A stretch of 64,000 bases of DNA from the IMG/VR virus record IMGVR_UViG_3300028394_000035; one strand, 5' to 3'. The DNA is from a virus. The position numbers and the translations under genes were made by a program. Positions 48,427 to 56,301 of the stretch are shown in pieces; position 1 is the first letter of the stretch, and each line of letters opens with the position of its first letter. The notes under the pieces were generated by a model. That model made no database searches. It saw only the letters and a list, made by a program, of their open reading frames with translations, and had not been told where the DNA came from.

Positions 48427-50664
48427 ATGCCCCCAGCAGGAGATGTATTTGGGCTAGATGGTATTTTTCTTACCAAATCAAATCCAGTTGTTGTTTCTAC
48501 GATAGGAATTAATTCCACTGCTGCTGGTGCTGGTATTACTGTTGTGAGTGGAGTTTTAAATACTACTGCTGGTATTGCAACTCTCACCTTTTCAACTGCT
48601 GCTGGTCTTTCTACAACACCTTTTTATATTGGTGCAAAGATTGCAGTTTCAGGTCTTGGTGCTGCTGGCGTAGCATATACTGGATATAATGGAAATTTTG
48701 TAGTCACAGGATTTGCAGGAACTACAACAGTTTCTTATGCGACTACTGGTTATGTTGGTGGTGTAACTGCAAGTATTACAGGTCAAACTGGTTTGGTAAT
48801 GTTAGTGACTGATACTGCTGTTACGAATACTACTTGGAGTAGTGCTCAAACTCACGGTTGGTTTGGCGGCGGTAGTCCTGGACCAGTATCATCAACAGTA
48901 GGCCGTATAGATTTCTCTAATGATACTGGAACTGCAAATATTAGAGGTTCATTAAGTGCAGCAAGATATTCATTAGGAGCAACAGGAAACTCTAACTATG
49001 GTTGGTTTGGTGGCGGTGTAGACGCCAATGACATTCCCATTTTAATATATTCAACAGTAAACCGTATAGATTTTTCTAATGATTCTTCCACAACATCCAT
49101 AAGAGGTCCGTTAAGTGCAGCAAGATATTCATTAGGAGCAACAGGAAACTCTAATTATGGTTGGTTTGGTGGTGGTTATACTCCAGGACCAGCAGCAGTA
49201 TCAACAGTAGACCGTATAGACTTCTCAAATGATTCTTCAACAGCATCACCAAGAGGTCCATTAAGTACTCGTAGAGAACAATTAGCAGCAACAGGAAACT
49301 CTAATTATGGTTGGTTTGGTGGTGGTCTAAGTTATCCTTCTACATTTTCAACAGTAGACCGTATAGATTTCTCTAATGATTCTGCAACAGCATCTCCAAG
49401 AGGTCCATTAAGTTTAGCAAGGAGACAATTAGCAGCAACAGGAAACTCTAATTATGGTTGGTTTGGTGGTGGTCAAAGTTTTCCTCCTACATTTTCAACA
49501 GTAGACCGTATAGATTTCTCTAATGATTCTTCTACAGCATCAGTCAGAGGTCCATTAAGTTTAGCAAGATATAGTTCAGCAGCAACAGGAAACTCTAATT
49601 ATGGTTGGTTTGGTGGTGGCAGTGGACCAGTATCAACAGTAAACCGTATAGATTTCTCAAATGATACTGGAACAGTAAATATTAGAGGTCCATTAAGTGC
49701 AGCAAGAAATAGATTAGCAGCAACATCAGGACAAGCAAGGTCTTCAAGCACTCGTCTACAAAAAGCAGGGAATTATGGTTGGTTTGGTGGTGGATTTGCT
49801 TTTCCATTATCAACAGCAACAGTGGACCGTATAGATTTCTCTAATGATTTAGCAACAGCAACAGCAAGAGGTCCATTAAGTGCAGTAAGATCTTCTTTAG
49901 CAGCAACAGGAAACTCTAACTATGGTTGGTTTGGTGGTGGTTATACTCCAACACCAGCAGTATTATCAACAGTAGACCGTATAGATTTCTCTAATGATTC
50001 TGCAACAGCATCACTGAGAGGTCCATTAAGTTTAGCAAGGAGACAATTAGCAGCAACAGGAAACTCTAATTATGGTTGGTTTGGTGGTGGTATTACTCCA
50101 GGGCCAGTAGCATTAGCAATAGTAGACCGTATAGATTTTTCTAATGATTCTTCTACAGCATCAGTCAGAGGTCTATTAAGTTCAGCAAGAGGTTCTTTAG
50201 CAGCAACAGGAAACTCTAATTATGGTTGGTTTGGTGGCGGGTTATCTCCTGGACCAACAATTGTATCAACAGTAGACCGTATAGATTTCTCTAATGATTC
50301 TTCCACGGCATCACCAAGAGGTCCATTAAGTTTAGCAAGATATCTTTTAGCAGCAACAGGAAACTCTAACTATGGTTGGTTTGGTGGCGGGATATCTCCT
50401 GGACCAACAATTGTATCAAGAGTAGACCGTATTGATTTTTCAAATGATTCTTCCACGGCATCACCAAGAGGACCATTAAGTTTAGCAAGACTGAATTTAG
50501 CAGCAACAGGAAACTCTAATTATGGTTGGTTCGGTGGTGGTTATCCGGCAGTAGCAACAGTAGACCGTATAAATTTCTCTAATGATTCTGTATCGGCATC
50601 ACCAAGAGGTCCATTAAGTGCTGCAAGAGGATATATGGGAGCAACATCAAACACCCCAACATAA
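48427..50664 (+). CDS. Kelch-like double beta-propeller protein 3 (2 x 6 repeats) with N-terminal small beta domain
   Basis: 12 repeats after a roughly 140-aa Thr/Gly-rich N-terminus. Confidence 0.8.
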   Translation: MPPAGDVFGLDGIFLTKSNPVVVSTIGINSTAAGAGITVVSGVLNTTAGIATLTFSTAAGLSTTPFYIGAKIAVSGLGAAGVAYTGYNGNFVVTGFAGTTTVSYATTGYVGGVTASITGQTGLVMLVTDTAVTNTTWSSAQTHGWFGGGSPGPVSSTVGRIDFSNDTGTANIRGSLSAARYSLGATGNSNYGWFGGGVDANDIPILIYSTVNRIDFSNDSSTTSIRGPLSAARYSLGATGNSNYGWFGGGYTPGPAAVSTVDRIDFSNDSSTASPRGPLSTRREQLAATGNSNYGWFGGGLSYPSTFSTVDRIDFSNDSATASPRGPLSLARRQLAATGNSNYGWFGGGQSFPPTFSTVDRIDFSNDSSTASVRGPLSLARYSSAATGNSNYGWFGGGSGPVSTVNRIDFSNDTGTVNIRGPLSAARNRLAATSGQARSSSTRLQKAGNYGWFGGGFAFPLSTATVDRIDFSNDLATATARGPLSAVRSSLAATGNSNYGWFGGGYTPTPAVLSTVDRIDFSNDSATASLRGPLSLARRQLAATGNSNYGWFGGGITPGPVALAIVDRIDFSNDSSTASVRGLLSSARGSLAATGNSNYGWFGGGLSPGPTIVSTVDRIDFSNDSSTASPRGPLSLARYLLAATGNSNYGWFGGGISPGPTIVSRVDRIDFSNDSSTASPRGPLSLARLNLAATGNSNYGWFGGGYPAVATVDRINFSNDSVSASPRGPLSAARGYMGATSNTPT

Positions 50665-50688
50665 ATACTTGAAACTACATTATTACTA

Positions 50689-51339
50689 ATGAATTTATTA
50701 TCCAAAGTTTTGATTGCACCAAAAGTCATCAGTCAAGAAGGTATTGATGCTCTGGTAAATCATATGAAAACTTCCAAGACCGAAGACCTTTCAGTATTTG
50801 ACCCAGACAAATCCAATCAGACACGAGGAACTGAATGGATTACTGATAAGAGAACAAGAGATACTCAAATCGCACCAATTGAACCTGTATTTCCACAGGT
50901 CAACGAATTGATGCATCACATTGTAAAGCAAGTCATCAATCCTTTTTATCAGTTTGAAGTTGATAGTAGTGAGGTTCCACAACTTCTTTGTTATGATGTA
51001 GGAGGACACTACCAGCCTCATATTGATGGTGAAGGTGTATGGACTGCACCAGACCAAACACAACTTTGGAGAAAGACGGTAGACCGAGATTTGTCAATGG
51101 TCTTATATTTGAATGATGAATTTGAAGGTGGAGATTTTGTATTTCCAGACCTTCATATTCGCATTCGTCCTGAGCCTGGACTTCTTGTTTGTTTTCCTTC
51201 TAATAGGTATTATAGACACGGAGTAGAACAAGTCACAAAAGGAAACCGATATTCTATGGTGACTTGGATGACTGTAAAAGGATTTGAGAGTATGGAAACA
51301 CAATCAAATAATCTCAAATCTAAATATGGAGTATGCTAA
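50689..51339 (+). CDS. 2OG-Fe(II) oxygenase, prolyl-4-hydroxylase/PKHD-like
   Basis: GGHYQPHID, LSMVLYLNDEFEGGDF, CFPS...HGV..VTKGNRYSMVTW: HxD...H...RxS. Confidence 0.9.
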   Translation: MNLLSKVLIAPKVISQEGIDALVNHMKTSKTEDLSVFDPDKSNQTRGTEWITDKRTRDTQIAPIEPVFPQVNELMHHIVKQVINPFYQFEVDSSEVPQLLCYDVGGHYQPHIDGEGVWTAPDQTQLWRKTVDRDLSMVLYLNDEFEGGDFVFPDLHIRIRPEPGLLVCFPSNRYYRHGVEQVTKGNRYSMVTWMTVKGFESMETQSNNLKSKYGVC

Positions 51340-51345
51340 AGAAAA

Positions 51346-51906
51346 ATGATTACTTATACTTGGAGTATTTCTAAATTGGACTGTGCTCCATTAGAAAATG
51401 GGTTAACAAACGTAGTTAAAACCATTTATTGGGGACTTACAGGAACAGATGAGAACGGTGTATCAGCATCTATGAGTAATTCTTATCCTCTTTCATCACC
51501 AAGTCCAGAAGGATTTGCTGATTATTTGACTCTTACAGAGGAAGATGTGATTGTCTGGTTGGAAAGCAATCTTGATGTTGGGTATATAAAAACAAAACTT
51601 TCTAATGAAATTGCATCTCAATATAATCCTCCAATCACTTCATTACCTTTTCCTTGGGTAAAGATAGAAGAACCTGTTATAGTAGAAGCAACTGAAGAAG
51701 TTGTAGTAACTGAAGAACCTATTGCAGAAGAAGTTGTAGTAACTGAAGAACCTATTACTGAAGAAGTTGTAGTAACTGAAGAACCTATTGCAGAAGAAGT
51801 TGTAGTAACTGAAGAACCTATTGCAGAAGAAGTTGTAGTAACTGAAGAAGTTGTAGTAACTGAAGAACCTGCAACTAAAACACTTGACACCTTCAAGATT
51901 CTATGA
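51346..51906 (+). CDS. Tail-associated small protein with an acidic repeat tail
   Basis: MITYTWSISKLDC...NVVKTIYW..TGTD N-terminus; EEVVVTEEPI repeats. Confidence 0.65.
   Translation: MITYTWSISKLDCAPLENGLTNVVKTIYWGLTGTDENGVSASMSNSYPLSSPSPEGFADYLTLTEEDVIVWLESNLDVGYIKTKLSNEIASQYNPPITSLPFPWVKIEEPVIVEATEEVVVTEEPIAEEVVVTEEPITEEVVVTEEPIAEEVVVTEEPIAEEVVVTEEVVVTEEPATKTLDTFKIL
51694..51876 (+). repeat. 33-bp (EEVVVTEEPIx) tandem repeat, 4 full copies plus partials
   Basis: Direct reading. Confidence 0.9.
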
Positions 51907-51912
51907 TATTGT
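51884..51912 (+). promoter_or_regulatory. Sigma70-type promoter
   Basis: TTGACA 51884-51889, 17-bp spacer, TG-a-TATTGT (-10 at 51907-51912). Confidence 0.6.
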
Positions 51913-51918
51913 ATAAAA

Positions 51919-52025
51919 GTCTTGAAGGTCTTTGTGACTTTGAGACCTCAAGACCTGTTCTGGTGGTGGAAAGAACAGTTATATAAACATAAAGTTGTAG
52001 GAGTGGTATCCTACAACTTTTTTTT
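51919..52025 (+). ncRNA. Candidate structured small RNA (two hairpins plus terminator)
   Basis: Stem 51919-51931/51943-51954 with one bulge; perfect CTGTTCT/AGAACAG stem with a GGTGGTGGAA loop; terminator; no credible ORF. Confidence 0.55.
51991..52025 (+). terminator. Rho-independent terminator
   Basis: AAAGTTGTAGGA-gtggta-TCCTACAACTTT, a perfect 12-bp stem, followed by a T run. Confidence 0.9.
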
Positions 52026-52039
52026 GTGTCTTATGATAC

Positions 52040-52068
52040 TTGACAAACTCATCAAAAGTCACTAAAAT
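52040..52068 (+). promoter_or_regulatory. Sigma70-type promoter
   Basis: TTGACA 52040-52045, 17-bp spacer, TAAAAT 52063-52068. Confidence 0.75.
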
Positions 52069-52122
52069 AACTCTGTGGGTTTTGAGAATACATAATACCA
52101 TAAAATCTTAGAGCCACTTTGG

Positions 52123-52168
52123 GAACTGGTCCAAGACCTCCCCAGAACCCCACAGGACCTGCTATGAT
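52123..52168 (+). promoter_or_regulatory. Early promoter element (GAACTGGTCCA ... TG-c-TATGAT)
   Basis: Motif 38 bp upstream of the -10 (52163-52168), as in the other copies. Confidence 0.7.
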
Positions 52169-52191
52169 ACTGGAAGTTCAAAAGCACTTGT

Positions 52192-54345
52192 ATGTCTCTT
52201 ACACACGAAGTTCGTGGTTCTTTAGCAAGATGTTTAGCTACTGAAAATATTATAGTAGAACATAAAGATGTAGATACTGCGATGTTTGATGTAGATAAAC
52301 GCATTCTAACTTTACCTAATTGGAAAAAAGCAAGTGATGTAGTATATCAAATGTTGATTTTACACGAAACATCACACGCAATCTTTTCTCATAATCTTGA
52401 TTATACCGAAGAATACGAAAATTTAATTGGTTATCACGACGTTGTAAATGTAGTTGAAGATGCTCGTGTTGAGAAGTTAATGAAGAAAAAGTATCCTGGT
52501 GCATCCAGAACTTTTTATACTGCATATAATGAACTGAATGCAGATGATTTCTTCTCTACAAAAGATGAAAATTTGAATGAATTATCTTTGATAGATCGTA
52601 TTAATCTTTACTTCAAGATTGGTGCATTTCATCAAATCGCATTCAACGATACTGAAGACGAATTCATTTCTCGTATCTGTAGTGCAGAAACATTTACTGA
52701 TGTACTTGAAATCTCACAAGATTTAGTTGCTTATGCAAAGAAAAAGAAAGAAGAACAGCAATCTTCTTCTGGTTGTGATAATAAAGAGAATTCAAGTTCT
52801 TCTTCACAATCTGCACCATCACCAACTGATGATGGTACTCAAGGAGAAACTGAAAATTCAAATCAGGAAGACCATAATGGTAGAAGTGATGACTCAACTG
52901 TGAAAAGTAAAACTCAATCATCTTCTGGTGGTGGAGTCAAACCTGATAACTTTGGTGGTGATAAGAATGCTGAATTGGATGAGTTGGAATCAAAAACTAC
53001 AAAATCTTTTGATGAAAAATCAAAAGAACTCAATCAACCAAAAAGTGATTACAACGAAACTTCATATGTAGAATTGCCAAAATTTGATATGAATATACTC
53101 ATTCTTCCTAATGAGTATATTCATCGTCTTTCTCGTCGTTATTATACGCAACCTATACATAAAGATTATTTGAGTAATCAAAAAGTTTCTTATAATGAGT
53201 ATAAGAAATCAGCAGAAAGAGAAGTTTCTTATCTTGTAAAAGAATTTGAATGTAAGAAATCAGCAGATGCCTATGCTCGTTCAAGTACTGCAAGAACTGG
53301 TGTATTGAATACATCAGTATTGCATACTTATAAGTATAATGAAGATTTATTCAAAAAAGTATCAGTATTACCTGATGGTAAAAATCACGGTTTGATATTT
53401 ATTTTAGATTGGTCTGGGTCTATGGCTGATTATTTGTTAGATACTTATAAGCAACTTCTCAATTTGATTTGGTTCTGTCGTAAAGTAAATATTCCTTTTG
53501 AGGTTTATGCCTTTACCGAAGATGCAAATGCATATTTGGAATTTGATCCTAATCATACTCCAACTTATGAGAAGAAGGAAAATGTATTATGCCCTGATGA
53601 AAAGTTTCGGTTGATGAATATCTTTACCGGTAAAGTAAGTAATAGGGAATTGGATGAGCAATTGCTACATTTCTGGGCAATTTGTTCTGCATATCAATCC
53701 AGGTATGGTTATGTTCCAGGTCATCTCATTCTTTCTGGAACTCCATTAGGTGAAACTATGATGGCTCTCAATTCATTACTTTCACAATTCTTTGCTTCTT
53801 ACAAAATACAAAAAGCAAATGTGGTATTTCTTACTGATGGTGAAGGTAGGGTAAATCCTCATTCAGTATTCAGGAAACATTATGAAACAGATTATGAGTA
53901 TTTGAGTCATAGGTATAGCAAGAATACTGTAATTCGTAATCGTAAAACAGGTCGTATGTATCCTTCATATGATGCTAGTTCATTCCCAGAATACGTAAAA
54001 GTGCTGATGTCTTATACCAAAGATTTATTCCCAAATGTAAATCTCATCAATTTTCGTATTGCTCCTACAAAAGACCTTAGTAGTTGCTATCATTCATATG
54101 GAACACCTACAATTCCTTATGATAAAATCAAAGAACAATTTCGCAAAAACAAATTTGTGTCATTTGATAAATCTGGTTTTGATAAGTTCTTTGTTCTTTC
54201 TGCTAATAGTATGAATGGTGATACTGATCTAAATGTAGATAGTGGATCTAGTAAAACTGCAATCAAATCTGCATTTACAAAAATGCTGAAAAACAAAAGA
54301 ACAAACAAGAAAGTTCTTGGTGAATTTGTATCTCTAATCTGCTGA
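52192..54345 (+). CDS. Metallopeptidase-like (HExxH) / VWA protein, CobT-like partner of the AAA+ ATPase
   Basis: LHETSH; NVVEDARVE; acidic/Ser linker; FILDWSGSM (MIDAS DxSxS); GTPL; FLTDGEG. Confidence 0.85.
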   Translation: MSLTHEVRGSLARCLATENIIVEHKDVDTAMFDVDKRILTLPNWKKASDVVYQMLILHETSHAIFSHNLDYTEEYENLIGYHDVVNVVEDARVEKLMKKKYPGASRTFYTAYNELNADDFFSTKDENLNELSLIDRINLYFKIGAFHQIAFNDTEDEFISRICSAETFTDVLEISQDLVAYAKKKKEEQQSSSGCDNKENSSSSSQSAPSPTDDGTQGETENSNQEDHNGRSDDSTVKSKTQSSSGGGVKPDNFGGDKNAELDELESKTTKSFDEKSKELNQPKSDYNETSYVELPKFDMNILILPNEYIHRLSRRYYTQPIHKDYLSNQKVSYNEYKKSAEREVSYLVKEFECKKSADAYARSSTARTGVLNTSVLHTYKYNEDLFKKVSVLPDGKNHGLIFILDWSGSMADYLLDTYKQLLNLIWFCRKVNIPFEVYAFTEDANAYLEFDPNHTPTYEKKENVLCPDEKFRLMNIFTGKVSNRELDEQLLHFWAICSAYQSRYGYVPGHLILSGTPLGETMMALNSLLSQFFASYKIQKANVVFLTDGEGRVNPHSVFRKHYETDYEYLSHRYSKNTVIRNRKTGRMYPSYDASSFPEYVKVLMSYTKDLFPNVNLINFRIAPTKDLSSCYHSYGTPTIPYDKIKEQFRKNKFVSFDKSGFDKFFVLSANSMNGDTDLNVDSGSSKTAIKSAFTKMLKNKRTNKKVLGEFVSLIC

Positions 54346-54349
54346 TGGT

Positions 54350-54404
54350 CCAGTTGGGAAGGTGTCCACCAGGACACCTTTTGGCCCTTTATTTGTGCTA
54401 TACT
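54350..54404 (+). promoter_or_regulatory. Early promoter element with an internal 9-bp hairpin (possible terminator)
   Basis: CCAGTT 54350-54355; AAGGTGTCC-acca-GGACACCTT 54359-54380; TG-c-TATACT (-10 at 54399-54404). Confidence 0.75.
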
Positions 54405-54448
54405 TACAAAGTAATCAAAAGACCTTTACTCCCTTTCTAAATTTTATT

Positions 54449-55561
54449 ATGATTAATGCAGTTGAACTTTTACAGGAACAATTTGGAGTTGAATTTGGTG
54501 CAGATGCTGTTCGTGCAGTAGCAGCACAGATTGGTTCTTCTTATGCTACATTATCTAAAAAACTATCTCAATATAAAGTATCTCGTGGTAAATGGAATCT
54601 TGAAATTACAAAAGAAATGCTTGATGATTTGGAAGATAATTATGCCTCTACTTCTTCAGTAGAAGGTGTTGCAACAATAGAAGCAGTTCAACAAAATCTT
54701 ATTCCTGATAAAGATGATACTTTCGTCAGCTTCGGCAATTTTACTGATCTTAAGAAGATTATTCAATCTAATTTATTCTATCCTTCTTTCGTTACTGGTC
54801 TTTCTGGTAATGGAAAAACTTTTGGAGTGGAGCAAGCTTGCGCTCAATTAGGTAGAGAACTCATAAGAGTTAATATTACTGTAGAGACCGATGAAGATGA
54901 TTTGATTGGTGGATTTAGGTTAGTTGATGGAGATACTGTATGGCATAATGGTCCAGTTGTAGAAGCACTTCAACGTGGTGCTATTCTATTACTGGATGAG
55001 ATTGACCTTGCATCTAATAAAATCCTATGTCTTCAATCTGTTCTAGAAGGTAAAGGAGTATTCCTCAAAAAGATTGGTAAGTTTGTAAGACCAAAAGCAG
55101 GATTTAATATCTTTGCAACTGCTAATACCAAAGGTAAAGGTAGTGATGATGGTAGGTTTATTGGAACTAATGTTTTGAATGAAGCATTCCTAGAGCGTTT
55201 TCCAGTCACCTTTGAGCAAGAGTATCCTACACTTACAATAGAAAGGAAAATCTTGACAAATGTTGCACAAGCACTTAAAATACCTATGGTCAAAGAACAC
55301 GAAGACTTTATTCTACATCTTTGTACCTGGAGTGAAATCATTCGCAAAACTTTTGCTGATGGTGGTATTGATGAATTAATCTCAACTCGTCGTTTGGTTC
55401 ATATTCTTCGTGCATATTCTATCTTTGGCAAGAAAGAAAAAGCACTTAAGGTATGTCTAAATCGTTTTGATGATGAAACCAAAACTACCTTTGTAGAACT
55501 TTACGATAAGATTGATGCCGAATTTGCAAATAGTAACAATCAAGACAAAACTGAAGAATAA
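54449..55561 (+). CDS. cobS: MoxR-family AAA+ ATPase (phage CobS-like)
   Basis: GLSGNGKT (Walker A), LLLDEID (Walker B), TANTKGKGS, NEAFLERF. ATG at 54449 is preferred because the tracked start lies inside the promoter element. Confidence 0.85.
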   Translation: MINAVELLQEQFGVEFGADAVRAVAAQIGSSYATLSKKLSQYKVSRGKWNLEITKEMLDDLEDNYASTSSVEGVATIEAVQQNLIPDKDDTFVSFGNFTDLKKIIQSNLFYPSFVTGLSGNGKTFGVEQACAQLGRELIRVNITVETDEDDLIGGFRLVDGDTVWHNGPVVEALQRGAILLLDEIDLASNKILCLQSVLEGKGVFLKKIGKFVRPKAGFNIFATANTKGKGSDDGRFIGTNVLNEAFLERFPVTFEQEYPTLTIERKILTNVAQALKIPMVKEHEDFILHLCTWSEIIRKTFADGGIDELISTRRLVHILRAYSIFGKKEKALKVCLNRFDDETKTTFVELYDKIDAEFANSNNQDKTEE

Positions 55562-55618
55562 TCCTCTTTTTTGTCTATATACATACAACCCCTTCACCCC
55601 CACTTATTTTTTTCTTTT

Positions 55619-55750
55619 ATGACTTTACTACTTCTAGAGAAAGATGCAGATGCTATTTATGAGGAACTGCAGGATGCTGATACCGAAGATTTGGAAGAAG
55701 AATATAGAGAAGATAGAATGGACCAGATGATTTCCCGTTACGGATATTAG
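55619..55750 (+). CDS. 43-aa acidic protein (not in track)
   Basis: Hand translation: MTLLLLEKDADAIYEELQDADTEDLEEEYREDRMDQMISRYGY. Confidence 0.6.
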   Translation: MTLLLLEKDADAIYEELQDADTEDLEEEYREDRMDQMISRYGY

Positions 55751-55762
55751 GAGGTTAAAAAA

Positions 55763-55909
55763 ATGACTGAACACCAAGAACAAGAACTCATCAACTTAGA
55801 TGAGAATGAAGATATGGAATACTTCGCAAAATACTTAGGTATTGATTGTGAAGACTATAAATGCTTTACTCGGGATAGAGATATTGATTTTGATGATTGG
55901 TCTCATTAA
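55763..55909 (+). CDS. 48-aa acidic protein (not in track)
   Basis: AGGAGG RBS; hand translation MTEHQEQELINLDENEDMEYFAKYLGIDCEDYKCFTRDRDIDFDDWSH. Confidence 0.7.
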   Translation: MTEHQEQELINLDENEDMEYFAKYLGIDCEDYKCFTRDRDIDFDDWSH

Positions 55910-55922
55910 ATAGGTAATTAAA

Positions 55923-56162
55923 ATGGAAATTCGTGATGTTGAAGTGGATGAAAGAAGTGGCGAAGTTGTAGTGACTGCATTATTTGATGATGCAGTCCAG
56001 GTTTCTCCTGCAACTTGGGAACAACCAGCAGAATATAAATCTGGTTATCGTATCACTTCTTTCTTTATGGAAGATATTGATTTTGATGTAAATGATACAA
56101 ATGCTTTGGAAGATTATCTTGAAAAAGCATACTGGGAACCTTATGGTTATGATGATGAATAA
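55923..56162 (+). CDS. 79-aa acidic hypothetical protein
   Basis: ORF track; fills the operon. Confidence 0.7.
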   Translation: MEIRDVEVDERSGEVVVTALFDDAVQVSPATWEQPAEYKSGYRITSFFMEDIDFDVNDTNALEDYLEKAYWEPYGYDDE

Positions 56163-56301
56163 TCAAGTAAACCGAATGATGACTGAACTTACAGAACAGC
56201 ATCAAAACAGAATCAAATACTTGGAAAATAAGGTTCTTGAATATGAGGCAGAAATCAATCAACTCAAATACTTTATAAAGAAAGAAAAGACCAGTTCCTA
56301 A
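56155..56301 (+). CDS. Small coiled-coil protein
   Basis: 3' part of the tracked 56092..56301 ORF; the ATG overlapping the previous stop was chosen. Confidence 0.55.
   Translation: MNNQVNRMMTELTEQHQNRIKYLENKVLEYEAEINQLKYFIKKEKTSS

Noticed and set aside
41401-50664. Regular conserved DNA repeats separated by variable segments, superficially CRISPR-like
   Set aside because: The repeats are in frame within long ORFs and vary at synonymous positions; the variable segments change in multiples of 3; no cas genes are present.
41401-50664. Diversity-generating retroelement explanation for loop variability
   Set aside because: No reverse transcriptase in the window, no TR/VR pair differing only at adenines, and loops vary in length. 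An RT elsewhere in the genome cannot be excluded.
51900-52190. tRNA or tmRNA in the structured intergenic region
   Set aside because: No cloverleaf, no T-loop GTTCRA and no CCA end.
54362-54448. N-terminal extensions in tracked ORFs (54362, 59236, 59747, 62826, 63772)
   Set aside because: They overlap promoter elements or upstream genes; downstream starts fit coupling and promoter positions better.
54449-55561. Cobalamin-biosynthesis auxiliary metabolic gene
   Set aside because: Only generic MoxR AAA+ motifs are visible and there is no cobN or other cob gene; the cobS label is nominal.
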